DNA of 37,109 nucleotides from Methanomethylovorans hollandica DSM 15978 (lineage in GTDB: Archaea > Halobacteriota > Methanosarcinia > Methanosarcinales > Methanosarcinaceae). The DNA is taken from assembly GCF_000328665.1 (NCBI RefSeq), contig NC_019972.1, positions 248,001 to 285,109 of the forward strand. Reading direction: 5' to 3'. Under the pieces are notes generated by a model, which did no database searches, had not been told where the DNA came from, and saw only the letters and a list, made by a program, of their open reading frames with translations. A program made the position numbers and the translations under genes. Shown piece after piece: positions 7,996 through 17,842 of the stretch (within the stretch, counting starts at the first letter, position 1; each line of letters opens with the position of its first letter).

Positions 7996-10410
7996 TTAAA
8001 TTTTTTCTTTGTTATATTCAGGCAAACAGAAAAGACAACCATTATATCCATGTTTCAATGCTTGCTCAAGTTCTTGATATGCTCTCTTATTACGCTTGCT
8101 GATCTTGGCTGCCCAATCACAGTTCGCTACGTGAACTTCATGTGTCCGTTGGTTACCCATATAAGGATATTGTCCAACAGCCAGCATTCGTGTAACCCGT
8201 CCCATTTCTTTTCCATCAATTAGCTCTGCAATTGACAAACGATAGTTACCATCAGCAATCTGCTGCGGAGCGATAATCTCAAGTGTGGCTTGGCACTTGT
8301 CGGATGCCTTCAGATTCATCTTGCGAAGGAAAGCCTGCTTGCCTGCAACTAACTGGTATTTTTGATGTGTTGCAGATTCTTGTATCAGTTGTGCATTTTC
8401 AAGCGAAGCAGAGGAACTCAGACGTTTTAGGATTCGAAGTGTTACCTGTATATCATGTGGTAGTTGGGAAAGATCAATCATCAGATCTGCAGAAAGCGTG
8501 GTTTTGGGCCATCCTTGGATTGCAAAACTCATATTTGTTATCGAATCCTTGAATATATTAGTTACATCGAAGTTTTTCCATGTAGCATTATTGCATAGGC
8601 AAATGAAGTTGTAGTATTCATCATAGGTATGGATTGTTGTTTTCGGGTCAGGAGCAGGATCATTACCGCTATTGATTAGGCCAATAAAACAATAATGTGC
8701 TATTTGACCTGGAGCAACATGAGGAATATCTTGATTCTTCCATACTACTGGACCAACAACTTTCATCTCCTGCGGATTAATATCCGGGATAGTAATTGGA
8801 TTTACAGGATCGGTGATTTCTTTCCAGAGTAAGGGTGTTGGGAACGATGATGAATCTGTCCAGAACACCCTTGCTGTCCCACCTGTGGGTTGAGTACCGC
8901 GATTTTGAACTCTCAGGTAGATGAAATTGTCCTGTCCAGATTCTACTGGTTCTCCAAGAGTATCGCTCTGCTGTGCTGCTGGATTACATAGTTCTGCCTC
9001 TGGATCGAGAAGTTCATTCTGGAAGATAATTATGTCTGGACTACATGAAATTGATCCACTTATAAGAGGCTCACGTCCATGATCCTCCAGATTGTCGCGC
9101 AGGAATAGATCGTGAGCGGGGAATCCAAGAAAAATGTATGCTCCGTAGCCGCTAGGAGAATCGGATGATGTCGGGGTGTCACCATCCCTTAATGGAGTTC
9201 CATTGGGTGGGGGACAAAATCTTTCTACGAAGCCATTATAAGTATGAACAGCATCCGCATAATGAAAGGCTTCGGTTGCTGAGATACGCCCATCGCTGTT
9301 TGTGTCAACGGTTTGATTGAGTCCATTGCCATTTGGATACTGCCCATGGATTCCAGCGATCCAGTCCTCAGCGAATGGATCAAAAAGATCGCCTCCTAAT
9401 GAATAATCGTTTTCTGTGACAGCGGTTGTGATATGGGTCCATTTTGCAGGACTGTTGTTGATAACAGTATTGATGAAACCACCAGATCTGCATTGTTCCA
9501 TCATCACTAGCAATACCTCGAACTGAGGCAAAGTTCCCAGATCAGTGATGAAATCATTTACATAATAGGGATTCCAACTAACATTTGCATCATACTCAAA
9601 CATACAGTAGTCATTTACACCATCACAGGGTCCCCCACCATGATTATTTGTATGAATGAAAAGAAAGTCTTCCGGTTGGATCTGGTTGCTGATGGCATTT
9701 AAGGCAGCTTGGAATCCGGCCCTCGTTCCTGGATGGTTAACAACCATCCTGTATGGTGTATTATACGGTTCATTATTATCTGGCCAATTTCCCAGATTAG
9801 TACCTATTGGTGTCGTCGTGATTTGGCCGGTGGTGGCATTATTCAGGAAGTAATTCAAGGTACCATCATGGTTACATACATGGATATTAGCTGGATTATA
9901 TCCGTAATCATCGATGAGTGTCCGGTAAAGGAACTCTAAATCATTCGTGTGACGGTTCTGGGCGAGACCAGCGAACAGTATTGCATAGCGTTCACCGGGA
10001 GCTGTACTCATGGCATTTGTAATTGGCGAAATACACTTCCAAGAAATATGTCTTTTCTGAGTTGCGATCATCTTCACTGGCATATGGAATGAAGTCATTA
10101 TCTTCTTATCATGGAGAAGATTAGAAGGTGGTAGGGATGCATGGACCTTCTTATACAACGTTCCATTCGTAGCGTCGTATAGATGATACTCACAGGGGTG
10201 TGCCCAGTTGCATGTGGGAGCAAGGTCAACGAAGACAAAAGCAGTCTTACGCTCGATAGACACCTCTAAAGAGGCTGCTTTGAGTTTCTCTCCGGCTGCT
10301 AATATCTCATCGTGTATATGAAGATTAGTTGTTTTGTCAATTTTCAGTTTTTTAATGGCTTTTATAGCATCTTTTTCAATTTGCGATTTGACATTTTCAT
10401 CCAATTTCAT
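7996..10410 (-). CDS. Clan CD (C13 legumain/caspase-fold) cysteine peptidase with N-terminal prodomain-like region and C-terminal Ada-like Zn-binding domain
   Basis: RYAILFAG; FLFIHTNNHGG (His); VMMEQCRSGGF (Cys); EF-hand-like DTNSDGRISATE; tail GN..THEVH..C..GYNGCLFC; no signal peptide; GAGGAG RBS. Confidence 0.8.
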   Translation of the reverse strand: MKLDENVKSQIEKDAIKAIKKLKIDKTTNLHIHDEILAAGEKLKAASLEVSIERKTAFVFVDLAPTCNWAHPCEYHLYDATNGTLYKKVHASLPPSNLLHDKKIMTSFHMPVKMIATQKRHISWKCISPITNAMSTAPGERYAILFAGLAQNRHTNDLEFLYRTLIDDYGYNPANIHVCNHDGTLNYFLNNATTGQITTTPIGTNLGNWPDNNEPYNTPYRMVVNHPGTRAGFQAALNAISNQIQPEDFLFIHTNNHGGGPCDGVNDYCMFEYDANVSWNPYYVNDFITDLGTLPQFEVLLVMMEQCRSGGFINTVINNSPAKWTHITTAVTENDYSLGGDLFDPFAEDWIAGIHGQYPNGNGLNQTVDTNSDGRISATEAFHYADAVHTYNGFVERFCPPPNGTPLRDGDTPTSSDSPSGYGAYIFLGFPAHDLFLRDNLEDHGREPLISGSISCSPDIIIFQNELLDPEAELCNPAAQQSDTLGEPVESGQDNFIYLRVQNRGTQPTGGTARVFWTDSSSFPTPLLWKEITDPVNPITIPDINPQEMKVVGPVVWKNQDIPHVAPGQIAHYCFIGLINSGNDPAPDPKTTIHTYDEYYNFICLCNNATWKNFDVTNIFKDSITNMSFAIQGWPKTTLSADLMIDLSQLPHDIQVTLRILKRLSSSASLENAQLIQESATHQKYQLVAGKQAFLRKMNLKASDKCQATLEIIAPQQIADGNYRLSIAELIDGKEMGRVTRMLAVGQYPYMGNQRTHEVHVANCDWAAKISKRNKRAYQELEQALKHGYNGCLFCLPEYNKEKI

Positions 10411-10460
10411 GTTAATCTCCTCTCGTATATGGTTTACTTATCAAATATGTTGAAATAGCG

Positions 10461-10835
10461 TTAATTCGATAGTATCTGCCCGAAGCGAAGAATTATAGTA
10501 TAGTTATCATCAGATTGTTCGATACTGAGTGGAAAAGATGCTTCAATGATTTTTACATCAAGAGATCTGATATTGATGAGTAGGTATAAGCATGGATGCG
10601 CCCAATTCGCATGAGGGGCAAGATCAACGAAAACAATCATCCCTTCAAATGGCATCGTAATGATTTGCGGCCCTATTCTGATGTCTTCACCCTGCCTAAT
10701 TATCTTCTTATACCAGTAGATGAAGGAATGCTTTATATCATTAGGAAGGACATTGCTATTGATTAATTCAATTATTTGACTACTGGTTAATTCCATACTA
10801 CGACGACTTCGATTGATTATTTTCGATAAAAACAA
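10461..10835 (-). CDS. Stand-alone homologue of the peptidase N-terminal domain
   Basis: VFVDLAPHANWAHPCLY..EASFP matches VFVDLAPTCNWAHPCEY..HASLP in 7996-10410; real start may be the later MELTSS. Confidence 0.75.
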   Translation of the reverse strand: MFLSKIINRSRRSMELTSSQIIELINSNVLPNDIKHSFIYWYKKIIRQGEDIRIGPQIITMPFEGMIVFVDLAPHANWAHPCLYLLINIRSLDVKIIEASFPLSIEQSDDNYTIILRFGQILSN

Positions 10836-11225
10836 TCTTTTGAGGGGAATAATATTGATCTCAATAGGATCTCGACAAAGCCTAAATTGATACAGTTAAT
10901 ACTATTTCAAGGAGTTACTATTGCCCAATGCTAAACCCTTGTATCAACTAACCAATCCCACTTATCTACAATATATTTAACATGATACATAAACAGTTTG
11001 GTTATACTAGAAATTATTACAATCGTTTGCATAACTAACAACTTGCTAAATAATCATGTTGGGTGTGGACTGGTAGTGTATAAAGTTACGTGCTGTTTTT
11101 GAAGGATTTTATCCAAAATGAAGCTATTTGAAAGCACTAGCGAAGACATGAGAATAATTAATGAATTGCTTTAATTTAGTATTCAAATTATATGTTTACA
11201 TATCAAGGGATTTAATAGTATAAAT

Positions 11226-11621
11226 ATTGTTAAATTTTTAAATTTGCAAACGTTAAGATTGTCATGTATAGAGAACAGAGGATGAAAAAACAAACGCAAG
11301 TACTTGAGTAACATAAAATATAGAAACATGTAAATGATTAAGTTTTAAAATACACAAACAAATAAACGTTTAAACTTATAAATACGCAAACAAAAAGCAT
11401 CACCTACAAAAACAAGAACAATCGGACGATAATTGAAATTCAATTTAAGTAAACACGTTTATGTATTTAAAAATGAAGATACTTTTAAATTTAAAAACAT
11501 ATAAATTTTTAAATATACAAACTTAAAAAAAAATAAGTAATATTGGAAGATAGTAAAACAAGAAAATAGTAGAATTACCAGAACATAAAACTTGAATGTT
11601 TGTAAGTTTGTAAATTTAGTG
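11226..11621. repeat. Cluster of four 8-bp-period arrays upstream of parA; candidate centromere/operator
   Basis: Phased blocks at 11226-11265, 11318-11397, 11481-11528 and 11590-11621, e.g. ACTTTTAA ATTTAAAA ACATATAA ATTTTTAA ATATACAA ACTTAAAA and GTTTGTAA GTTTGTAA. Confidence 0.65.
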
Positions 11622-11704
11622 ATTGGAAAATTACTCTAATTAGGCAGTAGAAATATATACTAAACTCTCATAATAACCCATTACAAAATATCCAGGGTGA
11701 ACTG

Positions 11705-12481
11705 ATGACAAAAAAAGTGACGGTAATTAATCGAAAAGGAGGAGCATGTAAGACAACAACTGCAGTAAATATAGCAGCTGCTCTAGGATTAAAAGGATAT
11801 AAGGTATTAGCAATTGATCTTGATCCACAAGCTGATCTTACTGCATATTTGCTCCCGAATGAACTGTCTGAATTCAAAACACTTACAGATGGATTTGACA
11901 AGCAGGATTTGTCTATATGTACATATCCGTCTACTGCAGAAAATGTTGATGTGATCCCTGCTGATGAGAAATTGGATCGAATTGATAACCAGCTGCGTCA
12001 AGATGAACTTGGAATTCTACAATTATCTGATCTTTTCGGGAAGTTAGACTCAAGTAAATATGATTATGTGATTTTGGATTCTGCTCCGGAAAGAACCCGA
12101 TTATCTTCAGGTGCTCTTGTATTGTCTGATACACTCATTATGCCTATTGAATCGTATGCAAGTTACAAGAAGATAGCTACGATGTTCAAAGAGTTTAAAA
12201 GAATCAAAGAGACAGTCAATCCAAAACTTCATTTTGGGCATATTCTAATAACCGTTGCAGAACCTCAAACCAATTTCTTTAAGGAACTTGAAACAATCAA
12301 AGAACACGAAGCAATAAAAGGAATGGTTCTTGATACAGTAATTCCAAAAAATATAACATTTAAAGAATGCATGCCTGCCAATAAATCAATTTTCTCACAT
12401 AATCCTCATAGCTCTGGTGCCGAAGCATATATGAAAGTCACTGAAGAACTAATCAAAAAGTGGGAGGGAAGCAATGACTGA
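11705..12481 (+). CDS. parA: ParA/Soj family partition ATPase
   Basis: Deviant Walker A KGGACKTT, VLAIDLDPQADLT, YDYVILDSAP; GGTGA RBS. Confidence 0.93.
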   Translation: MTKKVTVINRKGGACKTTTAVNIAAALGLKGYKVLAIDLDPQADLTAYLLPNELSEFKTLTDGFDKQDLSICTYPSTAENVDVIPADEKLDRIDNQLRQDELGILQLSDLFGKLDSSKYDYVILDSAPERTRLSSGALVLSDTLIMPIESYASYKKIATMFKEFKRIKETVNPKLHFGHILITVAEPQTNFFKELETIKEHEAIKGMVLDTVIPKNITFKECMPANKSIFSHNPHSSGAEAYMKVTEELIKKWEGSND

Positions 12482-13337
12482 TAATAAGAAAAAACAATCA
12501 TCATCTTTTAAAAATGGATTTAATCGCACTGGTGATGAGTTGGACGACTTACTTGGACTCTCGCGTGAAGCTATTGAAAAAAGACAACAAAAACAATGTG
12601 AAGAAACAGAATCTTCAATTGTTGAAGAGCAAGAATACACAGCAATCGAAGAAGATGACATTGGGTCTCATACTGATGAGCTTATGCCCGAAAACGAAAT
12701 CTCTGTAAAGGAAGAAACAACAGCTGAGCCTATACCATCCAATAAAATTGATACATCATCATCAACCACACCAGCTTCTCAAATTCATAATCCAAAGAAA
12801 AACATATCTTTTTCTATATCTGATATCCCCAGACGTAGTGAAAAAGGAATAACAATTAGCTACAAACTAAAAGAGCATGAAATTGAGCCAGTTGAGAATT
12901 TAATGATGCTCTTGGAAACACAAGTAACTGCTGTTGCTTTAAAATACATTATAATCAGAGTATTCGAAGATTATGGTAATCTTATTAGAGAAGAAGCTGA
13001 GTGGAGACAAAAGATACTTGCTCTTGATGTTGATGAGATAAACAAATTAATTAATTACGAAAATAAAGAAGTACGCAATCAAAGATTGGCCAGAATGGGA
13101 TTTTTCATTGCTCCAGCAATAACAAGAGGACTAAATGTTGGGAAATTCGCGGGTTGTACATTAGGTCCAGAATATGCAGAAATGCTTAAGCTTCTGATGA
13201 TAGCTTTGCAGACAAAACAACAACCAGTAGCCTATAGATGGATAATGAATGTTTTTATTGCTGATTATGGATCTGTTCTCAGTGAGAAAACAAAAGAAAT
13301 AAAACAGAAACAGGCACTTTTGTCAGGTAAACTTTAA
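12474..13337 (+). CDS. Putative partition adaptor with acidic disordered N-terminus and two tandem RHH-like repeats
   Basis: Overlaps the parA stop; residues about 126-175 and 224-273 align without gaps (LM..L.T....VA...I......DYG....E). Confidence 0.65.
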   Translation: MTDNKKKQSSSFKNGFNRTGDELDDLLGLSREAIEKRQQKQCEETESSIVEEQEYTAIEEDDIGSHTDELMPENEISVKEETTAEPIPSNKIDTSSSTTPASQIHNPKKNISFSISDIPRRSEKGITISYKLKEHEIEPVENLMMLLETQVTAVALKYIIIRVFEDYGNLIREEAEWRQKILALDVDEINKLINYENKEVRNQRLARMGFFIAPAITRGLNVGKFAGCTLGPEYAEMLKLLMIALQTKQQPVAYRWIMNVFIADYGSVLSEKTKEIKQKQALLSGKL

Positions 13338-13360
13338 AGGATCTGAAATATGATCCTTCT

Positions 13361-13424
13361 TTTTCTGAATTTATGAATTTATACGTTTAGAAATGTATAA
13401 ACTTAGAGATTTTTACATTTTGTT
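13361..13424. repeat. 8-bp-period array directly downstream of the par operon
   Basis: TTTTCTGA ATTTATGA ATTTATAC GTTTAGAA ATGTATAA ACTTAGAG ATTTTTAC ATTTTGTT. Confidence 0.65.
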
Positions 13425-13669
13425 TGTGCTTATGAAAGCAAGTAGAAGAGAAGAAAGTAACTAGCAACCTGAATATAATTGCAGCAACCGGATAATTTGG
13501 AGGAAGTACAATAATTACACCAAAAACTGCAGCTCCAATACCAATTGAATTTATCATTGAGGATTTCGGAAAACCCCGGTATTTGAAAAATATCGTATAT
13601 ACCATTTATAAACGATCGGTTAAAAATGGAGGTTTATCGAAATCCTGTTTATTTAAGCAACAAAATTCG

Positions 13670-14670
13670 GGCTCTGTAGAAAACCTACTTTAGATTTTAT
13701 TTTCACCTAATAATTTAAAAAGGATAAGTCCCCTGAGTATTACTTCCTACAGAAAACACAAAGGGGATGATTGTGTTTTGTCTAATAAGTACTTAAAGTT
13801 TGTTGATACAGCTCTAGCTGTATCGGGTAAATCTCACCTTAAGATCTATAGTTGCAAGTATTCCAAAAGAAAGTACACACAACACCAGCTATTGACATTG
13901 GTTTTGTTGAAAGAATATCTAAATGAGGATTACAGAGATATTGTTGAACTTGTTGAATTAATGGACAAATTGAAGTTGAGAATAGGACTAAAACAAGTTC
14001 CACATTTTACGACACTTCACAAGTTCACTACAAGACTCAAATCAGTTTACTTCAAATCATTGTTACAACAAACACTGAAACTTTTCTATTCTCATGGTGA
14101 AAAGATAGAAATTACTGCTATTGATTCAAGTGGATTTACCAGTGGCCATTGTAGTTACTATTACTCATTTAGAACAGGAAAGAAACGGAGTTCTTTCCTG
14201 AAAGTTAGTATTTCTGTTGATACTGATAAGTTCATTATCACTGGTTTTAAGATATCAGGCAAACCTGTGCATGATGCAAAGCATGCGATTACATTGCTGA
14301 AGCAATGTGACAAAAATCGTAAGTCAATTTACTACGTAATGGATAAAGGCTATGATTCTGAGGAAATACATTCTCTAGTAAGAGAAGAACTAGATTCAAT
14401 AGCCATGATTCCTCTAAGACAGAGGAAACGGAAGAAGATCAAGGGTAAGTATCGTAGAAAAATGATCGATGAGTTTGAGAAATTATTGTACCATTGCAGA
14501 AACCTTGTAGAAACGATGTTCTCTGTTCTGAAAAGGAAATATGGGGAAGAAGTAAAGGCAAAGAAGTATTGGAATCAAGCAAAAGAAGTTAAATTGAAAC
14601 TATTAGTGCATAACCTTGACAGGTATGTCAAGGTTACATATATTGTTCAAATGAGCATTTCTACAAAGCC
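13670..14670 (+). mobile_element. IS5-family insertion sequence, about 1.0 kb
   Basis: Terminal inverted repeats GGCTCTGTAGAAA / TTTCTACAAAGCC (12 of 13 match); AAATTCG at 13663-13669 and 14673-14679 may be a target duplication. Confidence 0.88.
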
Positions 14671-14674
14671 GTAA
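13778..14674 (+). CDS. IS5-family DDE transposase
   Basis: [15 protein letters not shown] (D), MDKGYDSE (D), [16 protein letters not shown] (E). Confidence 0.93.
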   Translation: MSNKYLKFVDTALAVSGKSHLKIYSCKYSKRKYTQHQLLTLVLLKEYLNEDYRDIVELVELMDKLKLRIGLKQVPHFTTLHKFTTRLKSVYFKSLLQQTLKLFYSHGEKIEITAIDSSGFTSGHCSYYYSFRTGKKRSSFLKVSISVDTDKFIITGFKISGKPVHDAKHAITLLKQCDKNRKSIYYVMDKGYDSEEIHSLVREELDSIAMIPLRQRKRKKIKGKYRRKMIDEFEKLLYHCRNLVETMFSVLKRKYGEEVKAKKYWNQAKEVKLKLLVHNLDRYVKVTYIVQMSISTKP

Positions 14675-14751
14675 ATTCGTAAGTTTATTAATGTGATGTG
14701 ATTATCGAACACGTTGTGCAATATCAAGAAATTGTAATGGATCTATGCTAA

Positions 14752-14783
14752 ATTTAAAAATTTGTAAGTTTACAAACTTATGG
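14752..14783. repeat. 8-bp-period array right of the IS
   Basis: ATTTAAAA ATTTGTAA GTTTACAA ACTTATGG. Confidence 0.55.
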
Positions 14784-14853
14784 AGTTTTATGTTTAGTTG
14801 TACTTGAGAGAATAAGTGGTAAAAAAGAAGGAAGAATTATATAATCTCAGAAT

Positions 14854-16010
14854 TTATTTCTTATTATTCTTTGTATGAGTGGTAGTCGATGCCATTGAGG
14901 CACCGAGGTTACTGACCATATACTCGAAGAACCCATCACCACATTGTGTTTTATTCATGAATTTTATAGATGCATCATTATTACCGTCAAATGACATAAT
15001 ATATATAAACCCAGAGTTTGATGGCTGTGAAAAATCAAATTGAACAACCTGATTAGCATTGACCTTCATTTAAGTCCAGGTGCTGTGATTATTACTTTCT
15101 CCGGTCTTATAAGACCTAGATCATCTTCTGATATCCAATTACGTTCTGTAACAGTGACATTATCACCTGCATAGTCTGCAAGAATTCTACCTGTACGCTT
15201 ATCGAGAAGGATTATGTGCTTATAATAGTAGCTATCATAGCCATCCTCAAGACTTCGAACACCATAGAATATTCCCTGATAATTTTTTGTTGTGACTTCG
15301 ATCCATTCCCATCCGTGGGAATCCATTGACCAACCATATCCATCGGTCATGGGCATCATATGGTCAATATAAGCATCACTACAGATGATTGTGTATGTAG
15401 TGCTATTAATGGTAATTGTTCCAGTTAGCTTACCATACGCCTGCTCAAGTGAGATGAATCTAAGGGGAGTTTGTGCATCGTCAATTGTTACTGGTACTTT
15501 GGGTATAAAAGTAAGATTCATCTTAATTTCACCATTGTCATAGATTAGCTTATATCCATTTTCTGCGGATCCAGAATAAGTTGCTTGTATGTCTCCTGAG
15601 CTGTATTCTGTTGGGAATTCATAGTCTACGTAAGATGTATCGATAGCTATAAAATCTTCAAGCATAGAACGTGGTATGAACGCTTCATCGTAATGATGTG
15701 ATATAGAACCATTTTCGTAGTAGAATCCATCAAAAGCCATAGTTGCAGAAATTTTTATTCCATCCTGATAGAAACTTCGATTATCTTCCTGGTGAGCTAA
15801 AGTCGTATAAAAAGCAAGATCCTCTTCAGTACCATTTTCGGAAACCATTTTTACGTTTCCGTTAAGATACCACCATTCACCGAGAATGGTTTTGTTGAAC
15901 ATATCTTCAGTATGGCCACCTTCTGAGTTTGAAAGAAGTATTGCAGATGCAGAACTGATAACCAATGTGATTAGAGCAATTGCTATAGTTGTGGTTTTTG
16001 TATATTTCAT
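14854..16010 (-). pseudogene. Secreted lipocalin/AttH-like beta-barrel protein, probably frameshifted at about 15069 (ORFs 15066-16010 and 14854-15069)
   Basis: Signal peptide; EWWYLNG, AYIDH and GWEW motifs; CTT AAA TGA AGG would read LK-MKVNAN with one extra A, and the second ORF ends in a GDGFFEY motif. Confidence 0.55.
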
Positions 16011-16297
16011 ATCGAATATCTCCGCTATTTATAGAATTGAATCTTTTGTTCTTGTTTACGTATGCTATGAGCTAGTGCAGAGATTTGATGCTCTATCTAG
16101 CTTATAACATGACTCTATATCGCATTTACTATTTGTTCTTTCTTTTTATCATATATAGATATATAAAAAATCCAAACAGGAGTTGGATTTCTATATCTAT
16201 ATGTAGACAGATCATGATACTGATAATAGTTATCACCCCTGTCTACTATATAAATTGCCACAACAAACCTAATATATAAATTTTTTTATAGGGTTGG

Positions 16298-17374
16298 TTA
16301 ATTTATTTTTGTTCTACTGATTATCTTTTTCATAACGTCTCTTATCAGAACAGGAGGCACAGCATTACCAAGACATTGGTATCGTGCTGTATCAGAAATT
16401 CCTTTTGTCCAATTATCAGGAAATCCCTGAAGGCGTTCGCACTCGAGTGGTGTCAATCGCCTTAAGAATATATGTTCATGGTCTCCAGTGTCGAATATAG
16501 AGGATATACCAAGGCATTTACAGGCATCTGAACCAAACTCTACACCACAGTAAGGACAGATTACTATCCTTTCATCATCTTTGTTCCTGGGATCTGTATT
16601 TGTTCCATTATAGGCTTCGCCAGTATTCGAATCGATGTAAAAAAGAATGTAATCTTCCGGCAAAACTACATTTCCATGGAGTACATAAGTTTCGCCTCCG
16701 CAATGGACGCCTTTGGAATAGTTCTTGGTGAGGGTAGAGCAATAATCTTCACCCCAAAACCATTCCCCTTTTTCTGAGCCGCCCCAATCCGGTTTAGAAT
16801 ATACTCTTTCGCTTGATAGGATAGGAAGTATTTCTGATCCGGAGCTTCCTCTAAGATATCCTGTAATGATAGTTCTTTCTCTATTTTGGGGGATTCCAAA
16901 GTCCCTCGTATTAAGTACCTGGAACTCAAAACTGTACCCCAGTTCCCCGATGATCTGAGCAATTCTTTCAATGGTTCGCCCTTCGTTGTGATTGACCAGG
17001 TTCTTGACATTTTCAAGCAGGTAATATTCAGGTTTTTTATCCCGTAAGATTCTGCAAACCTCAAAGAATAATTGCCCTCTGCAGTCATCAAAACCTTTTC
17101 TATTTCCTGCCTGAGAGAAAGAGGGACAGGGGAATCCTGCACAGAGGATGTTGTGGTCGGGTATTCTTGAAGAAGAGATAGTTGTAATGTCACCATGTAA
17201 ATGCGCACTCCCGAAATGGTTCTTGTATATTTTACATGCATTTTTTTCAATCTCAGATGCAAAAATAAGTTCAATTGAAATATCAAACTCGTTGGCTGCA
17301 TCAAATATTCCTTTTTCAAAGCCTCCTATTCCAGAAAATAAAGATGCTACTTTAAGAGATTGCATATGGATCAA
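16298..17374 (-). CDS. DNA (cytosine-5)-methyltransferase, orphan
   Basis: SLFSGIGG (I), AGFPCPSFS (IV), LENV (VI), PQNRER (VIII), RRLTPLECERLQGFP (IX), LGNAV (X). Confidence 0.93.
   Translation of the reverse strand: MIHMQSLKVASLFSGIGGFEKGIFDAANEFDISIELIFASEIEKNACKIYKNHFGSAHLHGDITTISSSRIPDHNILCAGFPCPSFSQAGNRKGFDDCRGQLFFEVCRILRDKKPEYYLLENVKNLVNHNEGRTIERIAQIIGELGYSFEFQVLNTRDFGIPQNRERTIITGYLRGSSGSEILPILSSERVYSKPDWGGSEKGEWFWGEDYCSTLTKNYSKGVHCGGETYVLHGNVVLPEDYILFYIDSNTGEAYNGTNTDPRNKDDERIVICPYCGVEFGSDACKCLGISSIFDTGDHEHIFLRRLTPLECERLQGFPDNWTKGISDTARYQCLGNAVPPVLIRDVMKKIISRTKIN
16666..17319 (-). CDS. Nested +1-frame ORF, candidate methyltransferase beta-type subunit
   Basis: 217 codons open inside an AT-rich gene; contains LSLQDILEEAPDQKYFLS, a segment that normally follows motif VIII; start uncertain. 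Confidence 0.55.
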   Translation of the reverse strand: MKKEYLMQPTSLIFQLNLFLHLRLKKMHVKYTRTISGVRIYMVTLQLSLLQEYPTTTSSVQDSPVPLSLRQEIEKVLMTAEGNYSLRFAESYGIKNLNITCLKMSRTWSITTKGEPLKELLRSSGNWGTVLSSRYLIRGTLESPKIEKELSLQDILEEAPDQKYFLSYQAKEYILNRIGAAQKKGNGFGVKIIALPSPRTIPKASIAEAKLMYSMEM

Positions 17375-17440
17375 TATTGCTCTGGTATTTTTTTAATATG
17401 AAAATATTAAATGAATAAAATAAGAAAGTAAACAGTTAAG

Positions 17441-17499
17441 GCGGAGATCGTTGTGTTATTGGCTCTCTCCGCCATTTTTAGGAATACAATTGTATTCCT
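17441..17499. promoter_or_regulatory. Inverted repeat and perfect 20-bp palindrome upstream of the methyltransferase
   Basis: GGCGGAGA..TCTCCGCC at 17441-17473; AGGAATACAATTGTATTCCT at 17480-17499. Confidence 0.45.
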
Positions 17500-17533
17500 T
17501 CTCTAGTTTACTGCTTTTTTATTTGGAATGGTA

Positions 17534-17842
17534 CTATCCATAGCATATTGATTGTCTATTTTGGACCATACATAATCCCAGAAGAGCAAGTTTCGTCTGG
17601 AAGTTTGTTTCTCGCCATAAACGATTAAATGTAATTTTTTCCTTTATGTCAAAAAAATGATGATTTAAAAAAATCTTAGCCAACAGGATTGCTGCCACCA
17701 CAAAGATAACAAAAAGCAGAAGATCATTCACCAAATAGTTAAGACCAGAGGAAGAGTCGAGTAAAGATGTCAAGATCGATATCAATAGGAAATACATTAT
17801 TTCAATTTTTAGCCGTGCCGTGAAGTTCATATTACTCCCCAT
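17534..17842 (-). CDS. Hypothetical membrane protein
   Basis: 102 aa, 2-3 hydrophobic segments. Confidence 0.5.
   Translation of the reverse strand: MGSNMNFTARLKIEIMYFLLISILTSLLDSSSGLNYLVNDLLLFVIFVVAAILLAKIFLNHHFFDIKEKITFNRLWRETNFQTKLALLGLCMVQNRQSICYG

Noticed and set aside
13387..13605. 72-aa hydrophobic ORF beside the IS
   Set aside because: Runs into the repeat array and has no clear RBS or family; may be a gene fragment
6917..14783. CRISPR array
   Set aside because: Repeats are contiguous degenerate 8-mers without spacers; no cas genes
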